Shown here one piece after another: positions 28,066 to 37,350 of a stretch of 64,000 nt of DNA. Position 1 is the stretch's first letter. Each line of letters begins with the position of its first letter. The position numbers were made by a program, and so were the translations under genes. The notes beneath the pieces are model-generated. The model was not told the origin of the DNA, ran no database searches, and saw only the letters and a list, made by a program, of their open reading frames with translations. This DNA is from an uncultured Gammaproteobacteria bacterium (lineage in GTDB: Bacteria > Patescibacteriota > Patescibacteriia > UBA9934 > CAZDDW01): assembly GCA_965231015.1 (NCBI GenBank), contig OZ246408.1, positions 19,755-83,754 on the forward strand, written 5' to 3'.

Positions 28066-29031
28066 TTATTCTGTGAGCATTCTTGCCACCACTAAGTCAA
28101 CGGCCATTTCGACATCCACTTTCCCGGTCTTACTGCCATGATCGAGTGCGAATAATAAATCAAAGGTATTGTTAAGATCATCGAGTTTAAATTGTTTGGC
28201 CTGCCCAAGCGACTTTTGTGCTACAAACGGGTGTAATTTCAACGCACTCGCCACTTCTTGCTTACCAACTCGTGGATTTGTATCAATCATCGAACGTACC
28301 CCAAGTAAAATTCGCACTTGGCGCAGCAGCATACTGAAAATATAATGATCACTCGCTCCACTCATTCGTTCTTCATCAAGCAGACGAATCGCCTCGGTTG
28401 TTTTTTTCTGTGCTACCGCATCGACCAACTGAAATATTTGATCCTCAAAACTAGCCCGAACCATGCTGTCGACCATTTCACGAGTAATTATTTCACCACC
28501 TGCGTACGCGACCAACTTTAAAACCTCATTATTCATCTGCCACAAGTCTGACCCAACTCGCTCAACCAAAGACGTTAACGCAGCACGATCAAAACTTGCC
28601 CCAAGCTCCTGCGCCCGAGTGGTCACCCACTTGGAAAGCTCTGACCCGATTAATACGGGAAACGGGTATGTGTGGACCTTGGCCTCATTTTTAAAAGCCT
28701 TGAACAACTTGTTTTTCTCAAGCTTCCCAGGCTCCATGCTCTCCCACAAGATCACAATCGTTGAATCTGGGACCGAACTCAATCCTTCCTGCCACTGCTT
28801 TAATCCATCTGCTTTGAGGCCACAAAGCAAATCCTTGATTACTACCATCCGCTTTTCTCCAAGAAACGGTGGACTTTTAATTGACTGCATGGCCTCACCA
28901 TATGAAACATTGCTGGCAAACTCGGCCAGGTTCATTCCTGAAGAATCAAATTTAAGGGCAAAAGTATCCTTCATGACCTGAACCTTTTCTTGAGCCCGGA
29001 AGGAATCCTCTCCGTAAACGAAGATCAACAT
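28066..29031 (-). CDS. holA: DNA polymerase III subunit delta
   Basis: 321 aa; N-terminal ..IFVYGEDSF.. and overall HolA-like helical organisation. Call by pattern. Confidence 0.7.
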   Translation of the reverse strand: MLIFVYGEDSFRAQEKVQVMKDTFALKFDSSGMNLAEFASNVSYGEAMQSIKSPPFLGEKRMVVIKDLLCGLKADGLKQWQEGLSSVPDSTIVILWESMEPGKLEKNKLFKAFKNEAKVHTYPFPVLIGSELSKWVTTRAQELGASFDRAALTSLVERVGSDLWQMNNEVLKLVAYAGGEIITREMVDSMVRASFEDQIFQLVDAVAQKKTTEAIRLLDEERMSGASDHYIFSMLLRQVRILLGVRSMIDTNPRVGKQEVASALKLHPFVAQKSLGQAKQFKLDDLNNTFDLLFALDHGSKTGKVDVEMAVDLVVARMLTE

Positions 29032-29205
29032 ACCCAGCAGTACAACTTCGGACCTTTAGTCGTTAGTTGTTTTCTGGTTAATACAGCCAAGAAAGATAAA
29101 CCGACGTAGGTTTTAAGCTTAGCTTCTTAATCATTACCCAGTCACTCAAAATCCGAAATTGTACTGCTGGGCACAGTGGACCAATTTTAACCTGTAAAAC
29201 CAGAC

Positions 29206-29234
29206 TTGACAAATATTCATAATGGGTATATACT
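29206..29234 (+). promoter_or_regulatory. Sigma70-like promoter (TTGACA -17- TATACT) for the DUF5320/DUF134/Trx-CcdA operon
   Basis: TTGACA 29206-29211 and TATACT 29229-29234, ~30 nt upstream of the ATG at 29263. Confidence 0.5.
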
Positions 29235-29262
29235 CATAATATAAGAATTAACATGGTTTCAT

Positions 29263-29454
29263 ATGCCAAACTATGATGGAACCGGCCCAAACGGACGTGG
29301 ACCATTAACCGGACGCGGTCTTGGAGAGTGCCAAGGAGCTCGGGGTGTTAACCGAGCTGTGCGTCCAGGATACGGACGAGGTCTGGGATATGGTCGCGGT
29401 CGAGGACTCGGTCGTGGTCGCTGTCCTTATTGGAACACGGACCAGCCGGCTTAA
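29263..29454 (+). CDS. DUF5320-like small Gly/Arg-rich protein
   Basis: 63 aa; MPNYDGTGPNGRGPLTGRGLGEC.. N-terminus and GRG repeats characteristic of the DUF5320 family. Confidence 0.55.
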   Translation: MPNYDGTGPNGRGPLTGRGLGECQGARGVNRAVRPGYGRGLGYGRGRGLGRGRCPYWNTDQPA

Positions 29455-29508
29455 CCAGAACCAGCCGTCTAAGTGCACATAGACGGTTTTTCTGGTACTC
29501 TTAAATGT

Positions 29509-29784
29509 ATGCCAAGACCAAGATTACAACGCCGAGTTCGTTTTGAACCTAATACCACCTACTTCAAACCGCAGGGAATTCCCATGCGCGATCTTGAGAT
29601 TGTTGAACTAACGCACGAAGAGGCTGAGGCCATGCGATTAAAAAATGCCGAGGGCCTTGATCAAACTGAAGCAGCAAAAAAAATGAAAACCTCACAGAGC
29701 ACATATCAAAGAATCCTATCTTCAGCCTATCAGAAAATTACTGACGCCATTACCAACGGCAAAGCAATTAAAATTATTCAATAA
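29509..29784 (+). CDS. DUF134 (UPF0251) family putative DNA-binding protein
   Basis: Start re-assigned to MPRPRLQRRVRFEP.. (the family's conserved N-terminus). Helix-turn-helix-like C-terminal half (LDQTEAAKKMKTSQSTYQRIL). Confidence 0.65.
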   Translation: MPRPRLQRRVRFEPNTTYFKPQGIPMRDLEIVELTHEEAEAMRLKNAEGLDQTEAAKKMKTSQSTYQRILSSAYQKITDAITNGKAIKIIQ

Positions 29785-29785
29785 T

Positions 29786-30970
29786 ATGCGCCGATTGTTT
29801 TTCGCTATCTTTCTACTGTCTACTCTCTACTTTCTACCTCTAAATACGCAAGCCGCCACAGTTGATCTTTACTTTTTTTATGGCCAGGGTTGCCCGCACT
29901 GTGCCAAGATGGAAGTTTTCTTGGATGAAATGGAGGCTAAGTACCCAAATCTTGAAGTGATGCGGTATGAAACTTATTTCAATGAAGAAAACCGAAACCT
30001 CTTTTTTGAAATGGCCAATGAATTCGGGGTTGAGGTTGGTGGAGTACCAACATCATTCATTGATGGAAAGGTTTTCACTGGTTTTTCTGATTCTATTGCG
30101 GAACTAGTAGAGGCAGAGATAGTCCGACTACAAAATTTAGATGAGAAGACCGGATCGGAACCAGCCACAGCTTTGACAGAACTAGTTCAACCAAAACAAG
30201 AAGAGGAGGAGGAAGAAAAGACAGTATCTATCACCACAGAAAGTAGCCCCTCTGCAAACCCGGCTCACACTGAATTATTAGAGCAGATAACCGTACCGGC
30301 TGTGCTTTCCGCGGCCGCGGTAGACGCAATCAACCCGTGCGCCTTTGCGGTGCTGATCATTCTTATGACCACCATTCTGGCCAGCAAATCTCGACGCCGG
30401 TCATTGGCCGCTGGACTGGCCTTTAGTGCCTCCATTTTTATTTCATATCTTCTCATGGGCATAGGGCTATATTCTGCCATTGCAGTATCCGGTCTTGGTC
30501 ACACCTTTTATGTCATCGTGGCAATTCTAGCCATCCTGCTTGGTCTGTTTAACCTTAAAGACAGCCTGTGGTACGGCAAATGGTTTGTCATGGAAGTCCC
30601 AATGAGTTGGCGGCCCAAATTGAAATCCATAATTCGAGGAGTGACCTCGATTCCGGGAGCCTTCTTGATTGGCTTTGTTGTGAGTCTCTTTTTGCTTCCG
30701 TGCACGTCTGGTCCTTATATTGTAATCCTTGGTTTACTATCAAGCGTAACCACACGCAACACCGCCTTCCTGTACTTGGTGCTTTATAACCTCATCTTTA
30801 TCCTGCCAATGATTCTGATTACGCTGGCCATCTTCTTTGGCATTACTACTACTGAAAAAGCCGAGGCGTGGCGGCAGGGAAGACTCAAGACCCTACACCT
30901 AATTGCTGGATTGATTCTACTACTGCTTGGAATCGGGATGTTTGTGGCCATTGGGCTAGGCATGATTTAA
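29786..30970 (+). CDS. Thioredoxin-fold domain fused to a CcdA/DsbD-type transmembrane thiol-disulfide transporter
   Basis: 394 aa; signal peptide. CPHC active site (GQGCPHCAKMEVF). Then a six-TM CcdA-like domain with the paired Cys motifs ..DAINPCAFAVL.. and ..LLPCTSGPY... Confidence 0.75.
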   Translation: MRRLFFAIFLLSTLYFLPLNTQAATVDLYFFYGQGCPHCAKMEVFLDEMEAKYPNLEVMRYETYFNEENRNLFFEMANEFGVEVGGVPTSFIDGKVFTGFSDSIAELVEAEIVRLQNLDEKTGSEPATALTELVQPKQEEEEEEKTVSITTESSPSANPAHTELLEQITVPAVLSAAAVDAINPCAFAVLIILMTTILASKSRRRSLAAGLAFSASIFISYLLMGIGLYSAIAVSGLGHTFYVIVAILAILLGLFNLKDSLWYGKWFVMEVPMSWRPKLKSIIRGVTSIPGAFLIGFVVSLFLLPCTSGPYIVILGLLSSVTTRNTAFLYLVLYNLIFILPMILITLAIFFGITTTEKAEAWRQGRLKTLHLIAGLILLLLGIGMFVAIGLGMI

Positions 30971-30971
30971 A

Positions 30972-31014
30972 TAAAAAACAGGCCCCGGGGTTTCCAACTT
31001 GAAACCTCGGGGTT
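30972..31014. terminator. Bidirectional terminator between the convergent Trx-CcdA (+) and hypothetical (-) genes
   Basis: 12-bp stem CCCCGGGGTTTC...GAAACCTCGGGG (one mismatch), preceded by an A-run and followed by TTATTG. Confidence 0.6.
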
Positions 31015-31528
31015 ATTGAATTGTGTCGATCGAATCGGTGTCCTGATCTTCGTAGATCGAGGAAGGGTTACTCGGATCAGCTGACTCAAGAACCAAATCA
31101 GCATCAGTTCCTGAATCCGGTTCCAGGGAAACACCATCGACGTGAACATTGAGCAGTCGTCGTGCTCTGTCACTCAGGCCGAGCCTGGCATAAACCGCGC
31201 ACATCAGATCGATCACGGCTCGATCGTAGAAGCCGGCTCCGTAAGCCCGCTCTAGAATGTATTGAGCCTGTTCGTCCTGATGCTCTTCGTGCAAATTTTT
31301 GGCCAGAATCATAACGTGACGAATATAGAAAGAGCGTTGTTGGCCAGACACAACTGTGATCTGCTTCAATAAAGTGTGCAAAATCTCAAGCAGGTGTTCA
31401 TCACCCGGCTTGTTTTCAAGTGCGGTCTGGACGGCCAAAAAAGCCTCATCCGGGTCATCGAACTCCAGCTGGATATCGACGACACTCTGCACTTCTCGGG
31501 CATAACCCGGAGTTAAGTACTGATTCAT
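31013..31528 (-). CDS. Hypothetical acidic cytoplasmic protein
   Basis: 172 aa from MNQYLTPGY.., which is preceded by a strong SD (AAAGGAGA). The longer 189-aa track ORF lacks an RBS. No recognisable domain. Confidence 0.45.
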   Translation of the reverse strand: MNQYLTPGYAREVQSVVDIQLEFDDPDEAFLAVQTALENKPGDEHLLEILHTLLKQITVVSGQQRSFYIRHVMILAKNLHEEHQDEQAQYILERAYGAGFYDRAVIDLMCAVYARLGLSDRARRLLNVHVDGVSLEPDSGTDADLVLESADPSNPSSIYEDQDTDSIDTIQ

Positions 31529-31612
31529 CGCCGATTCTCCTTTCGCAAGCCAAACCTTATCATAACCAAAATAAAAAACCAAGTCTTTCGACTCAGCTCA
31601 AACTGGAAACTT

Positions 31613-34318
31613 CTACTTCATCTCCCCCCAGTTTTTCCCAATTTCTATATCCACCACTAACGGCACCTTAATTTTTACCACTTTTTCCATTAACTGTTTG
31701 ATCCTTTTACCAAATTCTTCGGCCTTATCTTTATCCGCCTCAAACACGAGCTCATCATGCACTTGCAACAAAATATCAATCCCTTCTTCTTGATCCGTCC
31801 ACTCACTTACTTTAAGCATAGCCATCTTCATTAAGTCTGAAGATGAGCCCTGAATTGGCATGTTGATCGCCATACGCTCGGCCGCGGCCACTAGCATCTG
31901 GACTCCTGAGTTGATTTCCGGCAAATAACGTCGTCGCCCAAACATGCTTTCCACAAACTCTTCTTCATGAGCCTTTTCTTTTACTGAATCTAAGTAATCT
32001 CGAACATTTACGTGAAGTTCAAAGTAACGCTCAATAAAATCCTGTGCTTCACTAAAGCTCATGTCAGTCTGAGCAGCGAGTGCTCGCGGGCCCATGCCAT
32101 ACACAATTCCAAAGTTGATTGCTTTGGCTGCCCGGCGCTGCTCCTTAGTCACTTTTGCCTCATCCAGTTCGAAAACTTCTGCCGCAGTTCGAGCGTGAAT
32201 ATCTGCCCCCTCACTGAACGCTTTTTGAAACGCTTTGTCACCCGTTATCTCGGCCACGAGTCGAAGTTCAATCTGCGAGTAATCTGCCGCGATTAAAACT
32301 TTACCCTTATCTGCCACAAACGCTTGACGCATTTGCCGACCAAGCTCGGTTCTGATTGGAATATTTTGTAAATTTGGGTCACTCGAACTAAGTCGTCCGG
32401 TTGCAGTCACGGTCTGATTATAACTTGTGTGAATTCGACCGTCGTCGCCAATCAATTTTGGCAGAGCATCAACATAAGTTGAAGCCAGCTTTGACAGTTC
32501 GCGATATTCTTCAATGAGTGGAATTATCTTGTGCTCGCCTTTTAGTTTCTCTAGTTCAGGTGCCGCAGTTGAATAACTTGATTTGGTTCTTTTAATACCT
32601 TTGGTGGGTAATTCAAGTTTTTCAAATAAAACGTCGGCCAACTGAGCAGGGGAGTTGATGTTGAATTCGGTTCCGGCCTGTTTGTGAATCGACGTTGTCA
32701 GTTTCTTAATCCTGTCATTCAGATCTTTGGAAAACTTTTCAAGAAACTTAAGATCAAGCTTGATTCCTGTTTGTTCCATCTGAAATAAAACTGGCACCAG
32801 CGGCATTTCAACTTCAAGGAACAACTTGTCCATTCCTTCTTCCTCGAGCTCCTTGATTTGAGCCTTGGCTAATTTCAAAAACACTGCCACGTTTGCACCA
32901 ACGGCTTTAGCCTCTTTTTCCGAACCGAACTGTTCCGGGAACTCCGGCAATTTCTCGCTCAAACTATCACGAACAATGGTCTCAATATCATAATTCCGAG
33001 CTCCTGAATTTAAAAGATATGCTCCGATCATTAAATCGTGAAATCGCAAATCGCTCGTCGCAGGTCGCACGTCGTTTAGAAACGACCCGCCACGCGCGAC
33101 GTGCCACGTGCTCAAAATGTGCATCATAGACTTTAGATCATGAACCACTACTTGCTTGGCAGAGTCTATAATCTCAAGCGCTTGCTTCAGTTGTTTATCA
33201 CTTGGATTCGATACTACGACGGTTTTCTTTCCGTCCGACATGGCGAGGATTGCAAGACCCGAGCCAAACAAATCGGCTTGCTGATTCTCACCAACAAAGA
33301 AAGCGAGTTCCTTGGCACCTTTCAAGATTTCGAGATCGTTCGAAATCTTTGCCAGATCCTTCTTAGCCTTCCTGGCTTTCCCTGCCTTCTCAATCTTCTC
33401 AGCGAGCCCCCGTTTTCTCAATAAACTTCTAAAATCATAATCTTTATAAAGCTCAACGATTCGCTCTTCATCTTGCTTACCAATCCTTACGTCCGACAAC
33501 TTAAACTTCACTGGCACGTCCGTTACAATTGTCACAAGCTCTTGCGATTCAAAGGCTTGTTGTTTCTGATCGAGCAACAACTCAAGCACTCGCGTCTTAA
33601 TCCCGAGCTTTTCTGCAGCCTTCTCAGCCTCCTTGGCCTTCCCGGCCTTCTCAGCCTCTTTATATAACTTCTCAAGTGAACCAAACTTTTGAATCAAATC
33701 AGTTGCGATCTTGTCACCGATTCCTTTGACTCCCGGAATGTTGTCTGAAGCGTCTCCTTTCAGCGCTTTGTAGTCAATCAACTCTTCCGGAGTTAAACCA
33801 TAACGCTCCTTGACCGCTTTTATGTCATACAGTTTGGTTTCAGAAATACCTTTTTGAAAAAACAACACCTTAGTTCCGTCGGTTAGAAGCTGTAGAGCAT
33901 CCAGATCCCCGGTCACAATCTGTACCTCGACCTCTGATTTTTTATCCATTTTCTTAGCTAGCGTCCCGATTACGTCATCAGCTTCAAACCCTTCAGCTTC
34001 ATAAGATGGGATATCAAAAGCCTCCAAGATTTCTTGAATCATTGGAATTTGATCATAAAGCTCTTGTTCCTTTGTTTCACGTGTTCCTTTGTAATCCTCA
34101 TATTTTTCATGCCGGAAAGTTTTTCCAGGTAAATCCCAAGCCACAGCCATATAGTCTGGCTTCCTGGTTTCAAGCATTTTCTCTAACACCATGGCAAAAC
34201 CGTATGCCGCGTTCACCACAAGTCCGTCCTTGGTGGTTAAAGGGGGAAGTGCATGCCACGCTCGGTGCAAAAGAGCATTGCCGTCCAAAATAAGGAATAG
34301 TTGTTTATTTTTTGACAT
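31613..34318 (-). CDS. polA: DNA polymerase I
   Basis: 901 aa; N-terminal 5'-3' exonuclease (..LILDGNALLHRAWHALP..), C-terminal family-A polymerase motifs (..DYSQIELR.., ..RRAAKAINFGIVYG.., ..QVHDELVFE..). Confidence 0.95.
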   Translation of the reverse strand: MSKNKQLFLILDGNALLHRAWHALPPLTTKDGLVVNAAYGFAMVLEKMLETRKPDYMAVAWDLPGKTFRHEKYEDYKGTRETKEQELYDQIPMIQEILEAFDIPSYEAEGFEADDVIGTLAKKMDKKSEVEVQIVTGDLDALQLLTDGTKVLFFQKGISETKLYDIKAVKERYGLTPEELIDYKALKGDASDNIPGVKGIGDKIATDLIQKFGSLEKLYKEAEKAGKAKEAEKAAEKLGIKTRVLELLLDQKQQAFESQELVTIVTDVPVKFKLSDVRIGKQDEERIVELYKDYDFRSLLRKRGLAEKIEKAGKARKAKKDLAKISNDLEILKGAKELAFFVGENQQADLFGSGLAILAMSDGKKTVVVSNPSDKQLKQALEIIDSAKQVVVHDLKSMMHILSTWHVARGGSFLNDVRPATSDLRFHDLMIGAYLLNSGARNYDIETIVRDSLSEKLPEFPEQFGSEKEAKAVGANVAVFLKLAKAQIKELEEEGMDKLFLEVEMPLVPVLFQMEQTGIKLDLKFLEKFSKDLNDRIKKLTTSIHKQAGTEFNINSPAQLADVLFEKLELPTKGIKRTKSSYSTAAPELEKLKGEHKIIPLIEEYRELSKLASTYVDALPKLIGDDGRIHTSYNQTVTATGRLSSSDPNLQNIPIRTELGRQMRQAFVADKGKVLIAADYSQIELRLVAEITGDKAFQKAFSEGADIHARTAAEVFELDEAKVTKEQRRAAKAINFGIVYGMGPRALAAQTDMSFSEAQDFIERYFELHVNVRDYLDSVKEKAHEEEFVESMFGRRRYLPEINSGVQMLVAAAERMAINMPIQGSSSDLMKMAMLKVSEWTDQEEGIDILLQVHDELVFEADKDKAEEFGKRIKQLMEKVVKIKVPLVVDIEIGKNWGEMK

Positions 34319-34357
34319 ATAGGTATTTTAGCATTGTTGGGTCTCGACGGGTAGGGC

Positions 34358-34386
34358 TTGATTTATTTCCAAATATCTGCTAAGAT
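34358..34386 (+). promoter_or_regulatory. Sigma70-like promoter (TTGATT -17- TAAGAT) for tRNA-His
   Basis: Ends 11 nt upstream of the mature tRNA 5' end. Confidence 0.5.
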
Positions 34387-34397
34387 CAGCTGCACAT

Positions 34398-34472
34398 GGC
34401 GGCTATAGTTCAATGGTAGAACACTGGTTTGTGGTACCAGTTACGAGGGTTCAATTCCCTCTAGTCGCCCCA
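34398..34472 (+). tRNA. tRNA-His (anticodon GTG) with genomically encoded G-1
   Basis: Extra 5' G pairing with discriminator C73, acceptor GCGGCTA/TAGTCGC, anticodon loop TT-GTG-GT, T-loop TTCAATT, encoded CCA. Confidence 0.85.
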
Positions 34473-34541
34473 AGGGGAACTCTTTGGCTCCGGTCGAAGG
34501 GTTTTCTTTTTTAACTGAAAAGATGCTACAATTTAATCACT

Positions 34542-35837
34542 ATGGATTATTTAAAAGAAATACAAACTTCCGCCCCACCCCCTGAACGTCCGGATGACAA
34601 ACCGGACGACGTGGTTGGGGATCCAACATATCCAAAAGAGGTGGTTGGTGAACTTGTTGACCGGGCTCGAAAAAAACCCGAGTCGGTTGATTGGGCTTTA
34701 GTGGCCTACGAACTTGGCCTGACTCCACAAGAACTCAGACAGTATTTACCTGAAGATATTCTTAAAAAAACAGAACAAGTTAAAACGGTTGAGGACCGAG
34801 AAGCCGCCCAAAAAGAAAAAGACGAAGCAAAAATCAAAGAATTGGCAGAGGCAATTGCTGGTTTCAAAAAAGCTCGGATTGAGAAAAGGAAAAAACTTTA
34901 TGAGCCAGTTTCAGATGAACACATCGAAAAGGCACTTAAACACATGCGTGGTGATCTTGGACTGCGTCGAGCCTACCAAGACATCATGGTTAAAAACAAC
35001 AGGGAGGCTTTGGAAGAAAAAAGTGAGGTTCAACTTAAACAGCTCCAGCAAATATATTTTGGTGAGCCAACTTTCTTAGAAAAAACTTTGCCCTGGAAAC
35101 GTAAACAAGTTGAGGCTGAGCGAAGAGACAAAGAAGAACGCTTACAAAAATTCAGGCAGTACCTTGAAAGCAGCCAAGCCATGCTATGTGAACAGAATCC
35201 AGAAATGACCATGAGTGATCAAGAAAGTCAGATCAGTAATGAGCCGGCATACTCGAACTTGGCATTACTCGATCAAACCAACAAACCAATTTCCGGAACT
35301 CGTTTTTACGAACCAACTGACAGCAAAATTAAAAAAAGCAAACTTCGTGAAACAGGTCAAATGATCATGAATGATTTGGACCACATGGCTAAACGAACAT
35401 CTCCGGAGCGAACTTTAGGTGGTTATTTAAATAATGTTTTCGATTGGAAAATCGGGCAGGAGATACTGGCTACATATTTTGCCTCAGTTTTTGAGTCACC
35501 TGAAGAAGCCGCTCGCTTTTTAAATGATCCCTACAACAAAAATAATACTGGCTGGTCTTTTCGTTTAAGACCGGAAAAATACAAAACACCGGATCAAGTT
35601 AAAAAACAGCAATCAAAACCCGACTTAACTGAAGAAGAGCGTGAAGACTTGGGCATGGAGGCCTTAATTGCTAAAACCAAGCAGGGAATCAGCTCAAATG
35701 CTAGGGCAGAGGAACTTACGAAAAAAATGGCCAAAATTTGGGATAAAACAGGAATTTATCCACCATTAAATCTTCAGGTTAGGTTAGAAAAGAAAGCGGT
35801 GTCCGGAGTTGCTGCCCAATCACAAGAGGCGGCCTAA
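34542..35837 (+). CDS. Hypothetical charged coiled-coil protein
   Basis: 431 aa, Lys/Glu-rich, no recognisable domain. Follows tRNA-His. Confidence 0.5.
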   Translation: MDYLKEIQTSAPPPERPDDKPDDVVGDPTYPKEVVGELVDRARKKPESVDWALVAYELGLTPQELRQYLPEDILKKTEQVKTVEDREAAQKEKDEAKIKELAEAIAGFKKARIEKRKKLYEPVSDEHIEKALKHMRGDLGLRRAYQDIMVKNNREALEEKSEVQLKQLQQIYFGEPTFLEKTLPWKRKQVEAERRDKEERLQKFRQYLESSQAMLCEQNPEMTMSDQESQISNEPAYSNLALLDQTNKPISGTRFYEPTDSKIKKSKLRETGQMIMNDLDHMAKRTSPERTLGGYLNNVFDWKIGQEILATYFASVFESPEEAARFLNDPYNKNNTGWSFRLRPEKYKTPDQVKKQQSKPDLTEEEREDLGMEALIAKTKQGISSNARAEELTKKMAKIWDKTGIYPPLNLQVRLEKKAVSGVAAQSQEAA

Positions 35838-35948
35838 CTTGCTAAATATAAAAGGTTGTGCTATTTGTGTGGACACTAAAGCATTGATTTTAAAGCATTA
35901 TAATGCTAAGATCGAGGCACAAATTGAATTATTAACGCCAAAAATATT

Positions 35949-36239
35949 ATGGCTAACAAGCGATTGACCAAAAATCAGCTTATGGCAGCGCTCGCTGAAA
36001 AGTGGGGCGTAAGCAAAAAAGAGGCCGAGGAAATGTATGAAGGTCTCGTAGATCTCATCTACCACGAGATTAAAGGTGAGTCTGGTGAGATTATGCTCCC
36101 AGGTCTTGGAAAGATGGCCAAGAAACACCGTAAAGCACGTATGGGTCGAAACCCAATGACTGGTGAAGAAATTCAGATTCCAGCCAAGACTGTGCTCAAG
36201 TTCACTGTTAACAAAGCCGCCAAGGACGCATTGCTGTAA
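35949..36239 (+). CDS. hup: HU family DNA-binding protein
   Basis: 96 aa; ..NKRLTKNQLMAALAEKWGVSKKEAEEM.. and the ..GFGKF.. -like arm region (LPGLGKMAKKHRKARMGRNPMTGEEIQIPAKTV). Confidence 0.9.
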   Translation: MANKRLTKNQLMAALAEKWGVSKKEAEEMYEGLVDLIYHEIKGESGEIMLPGLGKMAKKHRKARMGRNPMTGEEIQIPAKTVLKFTVNKAAKDALL

Positions 36240-36578
36240 GAACGTAGGGGTCAACGGCCGTTGACCTGTACAGATAGAAAAATTTCAAAGCATCTCCCGT
36301 TTAAGCGCCGGGGGGTGTTTTGTTTTAGTAGCTTTGGAATTAAATAGTTGGCTTTGCCTCATATTCAAGGAAGGCCGACGATTTCGATATGGACATATCG
36401 ATGAGGAGGCCTGACGCAGAAGATGAGGTAAAGACAATATTTAAAACAAAGGTGGTGAAACAAAGCATTCCCAAAGGGTGTTTTATTTTGGAATTTATGT
36501 TTCTGAACAAAGAAGATCGCCCAGGACCGAAAGGTCGAGGACGATCGAATGAGAGACAATCGCGGGAGCAAGTTGCGG

Positions 36579-37139
36579 CTAGCGCGGGAACGGATGCGAC
36601 GGATCCTTGAAGAACACCATCTGAACGCCGTCGAACACGAGCCAGTACTCGTAGAAGACGTTTTCGGTACCCCCTTTTTCCGTATCACTCCAGTAGAACA
36701 CCTTGTGGCCGTGGATGTCCCAATCAGAGTAATCGATCAAGGCCAGGTCGGGAATGTCTGGAAGAGCACACACCTGACCCTTGGCATTACCAAGGTAAAA
36801 ACCGTAGGTACAACCACCCGAGCCACAGGAGCCAACATCGATGTAATCCGCATAGCTGTCTCCGTTCAGATCGACTGCCAGCCGGTGAGAGTACGTGTTC
36901 TGGAACGGGAAAGTAATCAGACGGTTGTCGTCCGGTGGTGGCGGAAGCACTGACTTGGATTCCCAGTTGCACCGGGGCAACTTGTGATTGTTGCTCTCGA
37001 TACTGGTCGTCACCTGGTCCCTGGTCTGACACAGGGCCGGGTTGTCGTGACAGGACTGAGGCTTCATGTCCTGCGCCGTGGCCGGCGTGAGGAGGATGAA
37101 GTTGATGATCTGGGTGAGAAGGATCAGGGTCGGTCGCAT
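36579..37139 (-). CDS. Secreted hypothetical protein (GC-rich island gene)
   Basis: Start re-assigned to MRPTLILLTQIINFILLTPATAQ (signal peptide). Cys-rich, with no known domain. GC content rises sharply here relative to upstream DNA. Confidence 0.5.
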   Translation of the reverse strand: MRPTLILLTQIINFILLTPATAQDMKPQSCHDNPALCQTRDQVTTSIESNNHKLPRCNWESKSVLPPPPDDNRLITFPFQNTYSHRLAVDLNGDSYADYIDVGSCGSGGCTYGFYLGNAKGQVCALPDIPDLALIDYSDWDIHGHKVFYWSDTEKGGTENVFYEYWLVFDGVQMVFFKDPSHPFPR

Positions 37140-37350
37140 GTCTTGCTCCTTTCGCGACAACCCAAACTACCATCTTCTGCCTAAATTGTCAACCAATAAA
37201 AAACGAGTCGCATCCGGAGATACGACCCTTGGAAGGCTGTGTCGGTGTCGAGTGAGACGCTAACGATTTGATAGTCAGCAAAGAGCAAGAGCACAGCAGC
37301 AGCTGCGAAGATCAGGAGGGACACGGCAAAACCGTGACCCTGGATCCACT

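Noticed and set aside
28318-28981. 67-aa and 172-aa '+' ORFs inside holA
   Set aside because: Antisense to a coherent holA frame. No independent support.
36365-37263. Overlapping ORFs in several frames around 36.4-37.3 kb (107, 134, 128, 73, 66, 65 aa)
   Set aside because: GC-rich DNA yields long spurious frames. Only the 36579..37139 minus-strand frame has a signal peptide and coherent composition.
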